32,000 nucleotides of DNA, from NCBI RefSeq assembly GCF_014280195.1, contig NZ_CP047960.1, positions 1,230,001-1,262,000 of the forward strand. The letters are read 5' to 3'. Position numbers and translations under genes: made by a program. Positions 23,476 through 30,829 of the stretch are shown here, piece after piece (the stretch's first letter is position 1; the number at the start of each line of letters is the position of its first letter). The notes beneath the pieces are model-generated. The model was not told the DNA's origin and did not search any database. It saw only the letters and a program-made list of their open reading frames with translations. The DNA comes from Synechococcus sp. A15-24 (GTDB lineage: Bacteria; Cyanobacteriota; Cyanobacteriia; PCC-6307; Cyanobiaceae).

Positions 23476-25197
23476 GTGATGCTTTCAATAGCATCAGCGG
23501 ATCGCTGGTCTGACCGCATGCCCACTACCGCGACAACGTTTGAAGAGTTCAGGCAGCGGGTCGACTACTCGCTGCTGCAAGCCCTGAAGCCTGATCCTGA
23601 GGCGACGTCGGACGGCATTGACCACCGCCCCAGGCCGGTGATCTCAGGCCACTGGGTGCCCGTGAGGCCAACACCCATTCCAGAACCGAAATATGTCGCC
23701 CACAGTTTCAGTCTGTTCGCCGAACTTGGGCTCAGTGATGACCTCGCCCGCAACAGCGACTTCACCCGACTGTTTTCTGGCGATGCTTCGGTCGCAGCCG
23801 AACCGATGCACCCCTGGGGGTGGGCCACCGGCTATGCCTTGTCGATCTACGGCACCGAATACATCCAGCAGTGTCCCTTCGGCACGGGCAATGGCTACGG
23901 CGACGGCCGTGCGATGTCGATCGTTGAAGGCGTTTTTGAGGGCCAGCGCTGGGAAATGCAGCTGAAGGGGGGCGGACCGACCCCCTACTGCCGTGGCGCC
24001 GATGGCCGGGCCGTGCTCCGCTCCAGCGTGCGCGAATTCCTGGCCCAGGAGTTCATGCATGCCCTTGGCGTTCCCACCTCCCGTTCGCTCACGCTGTATC
24101 GATCTGAAGCCGAAACGGTGAGACGCCCCTGGTACTCCGACCACTCACGCTCCTTTGATCCGGACGTGATGGTCGACAACCAGGCCGCCATCAGCACCCG
24201 GGTGGCGCCGTCGTTTTTAAGGGTGGGTCAGATCGAACTGTTTGCTCGCCGCGCACGCGACAACGCTCACCCCAACGCCCACGACGAGCTGCGGCTGATT
24301 GTGCAGCACCTGATCGACCGCAATTACCGCGCTGAGATTGATGCAACGCTGCCCTTCCATCAGCAGGTGCTTGAGCTGGCGCGACTGTTCCGCGGTCGAC
24401 TCACCGCCTTGGTCGCCAACTGGATGCGAGTCGGCTACTGCCAAGGCAACTTCAACAGCGACAACTGCGCTGCCGGTGGATACACCCTCGACTACGGCCC
24501 ATTCGGCTTCTGTGAATTGTTTGATCCACGCTTCCAACCCTGGACCGGTGGTGGGGCCCACTTCTCCTTTTTCAACCAGCCGGCAGCCGCGGAGGCCAAC
24601 TACCGGATGTTCTGGAGATCCCTGCGCACCCTGCTGGAAGGAGATGACGCGGCCCAGCGAGAGCTCGATCAACTGAACGAAGGATTTGCCGTGGCGATGC
24701 AGCAGCAACTGGAGGCGATGTGGGCCAGCAAGCTGGCGCTCCCTGCTTACGACGAAACCCTTGTGACTGAACTGTTGCAGCTGTTGGTTGCCGCCAAAGC
24801 CGATTACACCAAGGCGTTCCGCCTGCTCTCGGCCATTCCCGACCATGTCGCCGAGCTGCATCCGAGCTTCTACTTGCCCAGTTCGGAAGACCTGGATCAA
24901 CGCTGGCAGACCTGGCTGCAACGCTGGCGTGAGCGAATCACGGCTAACGGCAATCTGGAGGAGACATCAGCTGCCATGCAGCGCGTGAACCCGGCCATCA
25001 CCTGGCGGGAATGGCTGATCGCCCCGGCTTACCAACAGGCTGAGCAGGGTGACAACAGCCTGGTGCTGGAACTGCAGACCCTGTTCAGCACCCCCTACAG
25101 CGCCCCATCCGCAGAGCTGGCGGCCCGCTACGACCAGCTCAGGCCGCAGCAGTTCTTCAGCGCCGGCGGCATCTCTCACTACAGCTGTTCCTCATGA
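23476..25197 (+). CDS. selO: protein adenylyltransferase SelO (YdiU/UPF0061)
   Basis: GYGDGRAMSIVE, EMQLKGGGPTPYCRGADGRAVLRSSVREFLAQEFMHALGVPTSRSL, and GNFNSDNCAAGGYTLDYGPFGF. Confidence 0.95.
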   Translation: MMLSIASADRWSDRMPTTATTFEEFRQRVDYSLLQALKPDPEATSDGIDHRPRPVISGHWVPVRPTPIPEPKYVAHSFSLFAELGLSDDLARNSDFTRLFSGDASVAAEPMHPWGWATGYALSIYGTEYIQQCPFGTGNGYGDGRAMSIVEGVFEGQRWEMQLKGGGPTPYCRGADGRAVLRSSVREFLAQEFMHALGVPTSRSLTLYRSEAETVRRPWYSDHSRSFDPDVMVDNQAAISTRVAPSFLRVGQIELFARRARDNAHPNAHDELRLIVQHLIDRNYRAEIDATLPFHQQVLELARLFRGRLTALVANWMRVGYCQGNFNSDNCAAGGYTLDYGPFGFCELFDPRFQPWTGGGAHFSFFNQPAAAEANYRMFWRSLRTLLEGDDAAQRELDQLNEGFAVAMQQQLEAMWASKLALPAYDETLVTELLQLLVAAKADYTKAFRLLSAIPDHVAELHPSFYLPSSEDLDQRWQTWLQRWRERITANGNLEETSAAMQRVNPAITWREWLIAPAYQQAEQGDNSLVLELQTLFSTPYSAPSAELAARYDQLRPQQFFSAGGISHYSCSS

Positions 25198-25237
25198 ACA
25201 TGACAGCGTGTGTGCGCCCCCGTCACGGCAACGGCTG

Positions 25238-25690
25238 ATGACCGCCAGCTCCATCCGGCCCCAGCAGACGCATCAGAGCAACCCGGTTCAAGGCGTGTGG
25301 AGCCTGGTGTCGTACGTCGTGGAGGTGCAGGAGACCGGTGAAACCTTCGCACCGATGGGAGACCATCCCACCGGTTTTGTAATATTCACGGCCGAAGGGC
25401 GGTTGTCCTTCACCCTTTCAGCCCAGGGGCGCCAAGCCGGCTCCACAGCTGAGGAGCGATCCGATCTGCTCAACAGCATGATTGCTTACACCGGCAGTTA
25501 TCGGCTCGAGGGGGATCGCTGGATCACCCAGGTGGATGTGGCCTGGAATCCCTCCTGGGTCGGCACGGAACAGACCCGTTTTTACCGGGTGGAGAACGAC
25601 CTGCTGATCGTCAGCACCCCATGGCGGGTAATGCCCAACTGGCCGGAGAAGGGGATGACCCGCAGCATCGTGCACTTTCAACGCTGTTGA
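25238..25690 (+). CDS. lipocalin-like domain protein
   Basis: ATG 25238. GVWSLVSYVVE..G..PMGDHPTGFVIFTAEGRLSF..YTGSYRLEGD matches the lipocalin-like (PF13924-type) pattern. Confidence 0.75.
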   Translation: MTASSIRPQQTHQSNPVQGVWSLVSYVVEVQETGETFAPMGDHPTGFVIFTAEGRLSFTLSAQGRQAGSTAEERSDLLNSMIAYTGSYRLEGDRWITQVDVAWNPSWVGTEQTRFYRVENDLLIVSTPWRVMPNWPEKGMTRSIVHFQRC

Positions 25691-25707
25691 TCGATCCGCG
25701 CTGTTCC

Positions 25708-26211
25708 ATGCACGAGGCCATCCTCGAGTTCTGGTTTGAACAGTGCCGTCCTTGGCAGTGGTTTCGCCGCAGCGAAACGTTCGATCAGGAGGTCCGCCAG
25801 CGGTTTGGTGCGCTGGTGGAGCAGGCCCTCGCTGGCGGCCTGCAGTGCTGGGAGGCGCAGCCGTCATCGTGTCTGGCCCTAGTGCTGCTGCTGGATCAAT
25901 TCAGCCGTCAGATCTGGCGGGGCGAGCCCCGAGCCTTTGCCGGCGATGCACAGGCGCTGCGGCTGAGCCAGCGGGCTCTCGCGCTGGGCTGGATTGCGAT
26001 GGAACCGCAACGGGCCAGGCGCCAGTTCTGGCTGATGCCGATGCTGCACAGCGAAACCCCCGCTGTGGTGCAGCAGGCGATCCCGCTGCTGCAGATCCAT
26101 GTGGACCAGGCCACGGCAGACCTGGCACAACGCAACCTGGAACAATTGCAACGCTTCGGGCGCTATCCCTGGCGCGACGAGGCTCGACGAACTGAGCAGA
26201 ATCACCCCTGA
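25708..26211 (+). CDS. DUF924 family protein
   Basis: ATG 25708. ILEFWFE...W....FDQEVRQRFG, LLLDQFSRQIWRG and RFGRYPWRD. Confidence 0.85.
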   Translation: MHEAILEFWFEQCRPWQWFRRSETFDQEVRQRFGALVEQALAGGLQCWEAQPSSCLALVLLLDQFSRQIWRGEPRAFAGDAQALRLSQRALALGWIAMEPQRARRQFWLMPMLHSETPAVVQQAIPLLQIHVDQATADLAQRNLEQLQRFGRYPWRDEARRTEQNHP

Positions 26212-26262
26212 CGGGCCAGATCACCCCTGCTAGAACCAGTACATCCGTACCAAAAGCATGGC

Positions 26263-26562
26263 ATGGCTCTGGCGAGCAAAGACGCACCGCCGTTCCTCGG
26301 CTTCAAGGCTGGAGACCTGGTGCTCGTTGAACCGCTCTCAGCCGACACCGCTGCAGACGCCGACTGGTGGATGGGCTGGATCATCCATGTGGATGGAGGA
26401 GCACGAGATCCGCGCGTGCCGACGCTGTTCCAGGTCGCTGACTGCGATACAGGCCATGTGCGCTGGATCAGCGCTGATGAAGCGACCCGGCTGGTCCTGA
26501 GCGGCCTGGAAACCATCAATATTGTGGACTTCACATCGAAGCGGCGCAAGCGCTTGTCGTGA
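26263..26562 (+). CDS. DUF3104 domain protein
   Basis: GDLVLVEP...DWWMGWIIHVDGGARDPRVPTLFQVADCDTGHVRWISADE. Confidence 0.8.
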   Translation: MALASKDAPPFLGFKAGDLVLVEPLSADTAADADWWMGWIIHVDGGARDPRVPTLFQVADCDTGHVRWISADEATRLVLSGLETINIVDFTSKRRKRLS

Positions 26563-26626
26563 GGCCTGAACAAACAGATCAGACCCTTTTATTCACATGC
26601 TTTGATGGAGTTGATTTGACATTGAG

Positions 26627-26839
26627 ATGGCAAGATATTTACTGCGAGGTGGCAACAAGATTTGTGCCAATATCGATCCCTGTAGGTTGGACATATTTAT
26701 CTACAAAGACGGCCAGGGCAATAACATCAATGCCCTGTTATCTGTAAAAGCAGAACGTCAACTTCTGAAGACAATCCAGATGCCATCGCTACCCATCCAA
26801 GCGCGTATGCAGCTGGCCATGAGCCGCATCAGCGCCTGA
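26627..26839 (+). CDS. hypothetical small protein (70 aa) in an AT-rich islet
   Basis: Track ORF only. Confidence 0.4.
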   Translation: MARYLLRGGNKICANIDPCRLDIFIYKDGQGNNINALLSVKAERQLLKTIQMPSLPIQARMQLAMSRISA

Positions 26840-26848
26840 GGGTGGGAA

Positions 26849-27334
26849 TCACTTGATCCACTCCGTGGTCGGCAACCCCTCCACAGAAGCCACCATCACC
26901 CATACGACCGTTGGGGTGTCTCCTTTGTTTTCCACATAGTGCGGCTCTGAGGCACCCTCAATGAAGCTCTCGCCAGGCTTGAACACACTGCTCACCTCAC
27001 GGCCATCCGGCTGCACACGAGTGTTGAGCAGCTCACCGGAATCGGTGGCCTGCACATAAACCAACATCGGTGCAGGGTGGGTGTGCAGTGGGATCTTGCC
27101 CCCCGCAGGGAGCTCAACGCGGAACAGACGCAACTCCGGCTTGCCCTCGGGATACGTCAGATCGGTGCCATTGAGGGTCTGGCTGCCGCTGAAGATCGCC
27201 TCGATCTTGGCGTCCGTCGATGCAGCATCCGACGATGCCTGACCGCCGGAGCTTGTTGGCTCCCCGGCGCAACCGACAACACCAACCATCAAAAGGGCAG
27301 AGGCTGCCATCGAAGGAAGAGTTGTTTTCAGCAT
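26849..27334 (-). CDS. cupin-domain lipoprotein
   Basis: Signal peptide plus lipobox (MVGVVGC). Cupin motifs G.KIPLHTHPAPMLVYV and GESFIEGASEPHYVENKGDTP. Confidence 0.85.
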   Translation of the reverse strand: MLKTTLPSMAASALLMVGVVGCAGEPTSSGGQASSDAASTDAKIEAIFSGSQTLNGTDLTYPEGKPELRLFRVELPAGGKIPLHTHPAPMLVYVQATDSGELLNTRVQPDGREVSSVFKPGESFIEGASEPHYVENKGDTPTVVWVMVASVEGLPTTEWIK

Positions 27335-27378
27335 GTGGCGGGTCAGGGAAGGTGATGCCAGCAGTTTGCCGCGATTTT

Positions 27379-27606
27379 TCAGGCCACCCAGCGATCTGCA
27401 TCCATGATCCGTTTAATCAACAGCCCAAGCCGCTTGACCTCGCTGAAGTTCACGTCCTTCACCGGCTGATCGAGACCGCTGTCGATCCAGGCCCCATCAC
27501 GTTTCTCGTAAATCGTGAAGTCCTGTTCCAGGCCTTCACGCCGGATGCAGTACGTCACACCATCGTCATGGAGAAATTCGGCGGAATGCAGCTGCAGAAC
27601 CATCAA
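27379..27606 (-). CDS. hypothetical small protein (75 aa)
   Basis: Track ORF, protein-like, upstream of the cupin gene on the same strand. Confidence 0.6.
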   Translation of the reverse strand: MMVLQLHSAEFLHDDGVTYCIRREGLEQDFTIYEKRDGAWIDSGLDQPVKDVNFSEVKRLGLLIKRIMDADRWVA

Positions 27607-27666
27607 TCGGTGACGTTACTCCTGCGATGTTGGCAATAGCTTGCTCAGAGCCACACATCTGGATCC

Positions 27667-28911
27667 ATGACGGCCGCACCCTTGCCCAGTACCGGTGCAG
27701 TGACAGGCCTCGGCGAAACCCTGGCCCTTTTTCGGGATCCGTCCTTCAGCCAACGCCGCTTCAGTGAGCTGGGAGATGTGTTCGAGACCAAACTGCTGGC
27801 CCAAAGCATCGTGTTCATCCGCGGAGAACGCGCCATCGGTGATCTGCTGAAGCAGGAAGACTGCCTTCAAGGCTGGTGGCCGGACAGCGTGCGGCAACTA
27901 CTGGGCAGCAAGTCGTTGGCCAACCGCAGCGGTGCAGACCACAAAGCGCGTCGCCGGGTGGTGGGTCAGCTGTTCTCAAGTGCAGCCCTGAGCCGCTACA
28001 CCCCAGCCATCGAAGCCCTGGTCAAGGACCTTGCCAACGAGCTGCAACAGGCAGATGGCCCGATCCCCCTGGCTGCACGGATGCGGCGCTTTGCCTTTTC
28101 GGTGATCGCCACCACGGTGCTGGGGCTGGAGGCCGAGAACCGCGATGCCCTGTTCGCCGATTTCGATATCTGGACCCGCGCCCTGTTTTCCATCCCCCTT
28201 GCCTTGCCAGGAACGCCTTTCGCGCGGGCCCTTGCCGCACGGCAACGGTTGCTGGCTCGGCTGAAGACTGTGCTGCAAACCAACAACAACAGGCAACAGG
28301 GCGGTCTTGATCTGCTCAGCGGCGGACTGGATGAAGCGGGACTCCCACTAGATGACGATGACCTGGTTGAGCAGCTGCTGCTGCTGCTGTTCGCTGGCTA
28401 CGAGACCACGGCATCGTCATTGAGCTGCCTGTTTCGAGCCCTGCTGCTCAACCCAGAGGTGGAACAGTGGCTCATGCAGGATCTGAACAGCCACGAACGC
28501 CCGTCGAGGCTGGATGCCACAGTGCTTGAGGTGATGCGCATGACGCCACCGGTGGGCGGTTTTTTCCGGCAGAACACCCAGTCGATCGAGCTGGCCGATG
28601 TGGCGATTCCCCAGGGAAAGGTGATTCAGGTGGTGCTGAGCTCATCGAGCACCACAGACCAGACCGACTTGGAAACCTTCCGGCCCCAGCGTCATCTGGA
28701 TGGATCGTTCCAACAGACCCTGCTTCCCTTCGGCGGCGGTGAACGGGTCTGCCTGGGTAAGGCCCTGGCGGAACTGGAAATCCGTTTGATGGCGGTGGGA
28801 CTGTTGCAGCGCGTTGAGCTGCATCTCGAGCCCGATCAGGATCTCAACCTGCAGTTGATTCCCAGCCCAACGCCTCGGGATGGACTGCTGGTGACGGCCA
28901 CAGCCCGTTGA
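27667..28911 (+). CDS. cytochrome P450
   Basis: 414 aa. I-helix FAGYETTA, an ExxR-type motif (EVMR), and heme loop FGGGERVCLGKALA. Confidence 0.95.
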   Translation: MTAAPLPSTGAVTGLGETLALFRDPSFSQRRFSELGDVFETKLLAQSIVFIRGERAIGDLLKQEDCLQGWWPDSVRQLLGSKSLANRSGADHKARRRVVGQLFSSAALSRYTPAIEALVKDLANELQQADGPIPLAARMRRFAFSVIATTVLGLEAENRDALFADFDIWTRALFSIPLALPGTPFARALAARQRLLARLKTVLQTNNNRQQGGLDLLSGGLDEAGLPLDDDDLVEQLLLLLFAGYETTASSLSCLFRALLLNPEVEQWLMQDLNSHERPSRLDATVLEVMRMTPPVGGFFRQNTQSIELADVAIPQGKVIQVVLSSSSTTDQTDLETFRPQRHLDGSFQQTLLPFGGGERVCLGKALAELEIRLMAVGLLQRVELHLEPDQDLNLQLIPSPTPRDGLLVTATAR

Positions 28912-28921
28912 TCAGCAGACG

Positions 28922-29074
28922 TCAATCCTTCTTGGGAGGCTTGATCAATTCACCGGTCTGCAACGACACCACTGCAAAACTCCCCACGAACACCAGTGCG
29001 ACCACCACCAGAACAACGGTGGTGACGTTGCTGATCTCCAGCTCACCGAGCATGAAGGCCAAGGGAACAGGCAT
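28922..29074 (-). CDS. small single-TM protein (50 aa, or 43 aa from ATG 29053)
   Basis: Sub-cutoff ORF: MPVPLAFMLGELEISNVTTVVLVVVALVFVGSFAVVSLQTGELIKPPKKD. G/C-rich third positions. Confidence 0.45.
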   Translation of the reverse strand: MPVPLAFMLGELEISNVTTVVLVVVALVFVGSFAVVSLQTGELIKPPKKD

Positions 29075-29098
29075 CGGAACCTCTACGGAAGCGAGAGC

Positions 29099-29290
29099 CT
29101 AAAGCTGGGGTGTGATGGCGTCGTTGGGGAAAAACTCCTCAAACACACAGATGCGATCGGCCCAGCGCATCTCCACCTCAAAACGCATCAAGCGGTGGCG
29201 CACCCACATCAGGGTGTCGACATCAATGGGTTTGTGAACCTTCTGCTTTTGCGCCCTGAACCAGTCGTCCTTGTTCTGATGAGAGTTCAT
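29099..29290 (-). CDS. hypothetical small protein (63 aa)
   Basis: ATG 29290 within track ORF 29099-29308 (MNSHQNKDDWFRAQKQKVHKPIDVDTLMWVRHRL..). Confidence 0.55.
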   Translation of the reverse strand: MNSHQNKDDWFRAQKQKVHKPIDVDTLMWVRHRLMRFEVEMRWADRICVFEEFFPNDAITPQL

Positions 29291-29837
29291 TGAACTGAGA
29301 ATGAGCACTCACACCGTAAGGACGGTGCTGAATGGCGCAGCCAACGTCACCATCCGTAAGCATCGATGCACACAGGTATCAGCCAAAAGTGTTCATCTGA
29401 TCATGATCTTCAGAGAATCTTTGCGTTCTCATCCTTCTGAAGAGGTCGTCTGATCCTTCATTTGGTCGCCATCGCAGCAGTGCTGGGGGTGCACGGAGGA
29501 GGACATTGTTGAAATCATTCCACTTGATCAATGCCCCTCAACCCTGTCGTGAAGCTGTTGAAATCAACATCGACAGTCAAATCAAACGCAGACAAAACAA
29601 AACCAGCTCTACTTCCACGACCTCTTCGACCGGATCCAATTCGTCCACGAAAACAATCCATCGAAACCAGCTGGGACGAACTCCGGCAGGAATACTCGGG
29701 GCTCGGTTGAGGCGGTTTCCGCAAATTTCTCTGTTGTGTAGCGGCATGAACGACAGAACCCTGGACAGAGCCTGTAGAACATTGATGTAGCAACAGCTAC
29801 AACACGTTCACCTCACCACCGGTGAGGCGCAGTTCGA

Positions 29838-29883
29838 CTCAGGCCATGGAACGGGGACCTGAGCTTGCTTCGAGGAACCCATC
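29838..29883 (+). promoter_or_regulatory. probable glutamine-II riboswitch (Downstream-peptide motif), copy B
   Basis: 6-bp stem CTCAGG (29838-29843) pairs with CCTGAG (29858-29863), enclosing CCATGGAACGGGGA. This is followed by GCTTGCTTC, GAGGAA (SD-like) and ATG 29884. Confidence 0.65.
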
Positions 29884-29988
29884 ATGACCCTGACCTATCG
29901 CGGCCAGACGTACGTCCAGAACAACGCTGCTGCCACCAACTGCAAGCGTCCGGCTCTCGTGTACCGCGGCCACAAAGTGGCTCAGTGA
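29884..29988 (+). CDS. short YRG-repeat peptide (34 aa; DUF4278-like downstream peptide)
   Basis: MTLTYRGQTYVQNNAAATNCKRPALVYRGHKVAQ. Two YRG motifs. Followed by a strong terminator. Confidence 0.65.
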   Translation: MTLTYRGQTYVQNNAAATNCKRPALVYRGHKVAQ

Positions 29989-30012
29989 GCAGCACTTTGA
30001 AGCAGCTTAATC

Positions 30013-30037
30013 GCCCCGCTTCGGCGGGGCTTTTTTT
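30013..30037 (+). terminator. Rho-independent terminator
   Basis: GCCCCGC-ttcg-GCGGGGC followed by TTTTTTT. Confidence 0.8.
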
Positions 30038-30043
30038 GTGCTT

Positions 30044-30292
30044 TCAGCCAACGGTTAATTCACCATCAACGCCGTATTGGTGCAGACATTGCTTCACCGT
30101 GAGCACCGACACAGTGCTGCCCGTATCAGCATCAAACAAGGCATAAGGACAACCCCGCACAACACAACGACGACGTGCATCGACGTAGGCATCAAACAGG
30201 GTCTGGTGGGAACATTCCTCCACCCAGCCACTGCTGCTCAAGTAGCGCGTCAGGATCATGCGCCCGGCACAGATGCTTTCGTGATGGCCCAT
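30044..30292 (-). CDS. hypothetical protein (82 aa)
   Basis: Track ORF, Cys-containing and protein-like. Confidence 0.6.
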   Translation of the reverse strand: MGHHESICAGRMILTRYLSSSGWVEECSHQTLFDAYVDARRRCVVRGCPYALFDADTGSTVSVLTVKQCLHQYGVDGELTVG

Positions 30293-30356
30293 GGATCCAC
30301 CGGGTGGCTGAAGTTACCTGAACTCTTCGGGATCACAGCACGTTGATCAGTTTTCC

Positions 30357-30608
30357 GTGTTGTTCAGCACAACCAACATGCTCAGGAGGAGCGCGTTAGG
30401 ACAGGGTGTCGATCCACTGGGAATGCCACTGTTCGTCTGTGCCGGCTGCAGCATGCGCATCGAGCGATCGATGGCCACCTATCTGCGTCTGAAAGGCAGG
30501 GTGCTGTGCTCCACCTGTCTGGACCAGATGGAGTCTGAATTGACCACTGGCAGTGACCGAAACGTGGCAGCCCCATCGGTGCCGACTCAGGAATCACCGA
30601 TGAGCTGA
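30357..30608 (+). CDS. hypothetical zinc-ribbon-like small protein
   Basis: CAGC...CSTC Cys pairs. Alternative ATG at 30378. Confidence 0.55.
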   Translation: MLFSTTNMLRRSALGQGVDPLGMPLFVCAGCSMRIERSMATYLRLKGRVLCSTCLDQMESELTTGSDRNVAAPSVPTQESPMS

Positions 30609-30704
30609 GAGCCGATCAGGCCTTGGTCCTGAAGGTCTGGCTGGTACGACGTCATTCCGTAGCTGATCACACCGCGCGTGCCACCGGTGCCGCAGACAGT
30701 GGCA

Positions 30705-30810
30705 GGGCGGAGAAACCTAGGGTTCCGATCCCATCAGGGATGTCTGGTCCAAGAGGTTTCGGTCGGTTCTGCCGGCTGCACGGAGGGACAAAAGCCCGGG
30801 AGACCGCAAC
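30705..30810 (+). promoter_or_regulatory. guanidine-I riboswitch (ykkC-yxkD motif)
   Basis: The conserved blocks appear in the correct order: CCTAGGGTTCCG, GGTCCAAGAG and ACGGAGGGACAAAAGCCCGGGAGA. The element ends about 20 nt before the ureohydrolase ATG. Confidence 0.85.
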
Positions 30811-30829
30811 AACCCCAACTCTCCCTTCG

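Noticed and set aside
29506-29790. 94-aa ORF with a TTG start preceded by GGAGGAGG (and its antisense 92-aa ORF)
   Set aside because: Despite the strong SD-like sequence, the product is low-complexity (STSTTSSTGSNSST, Arg-rich tail). Neither strand looks like a real protein. The region is left as intergenic or possibly non-coding.
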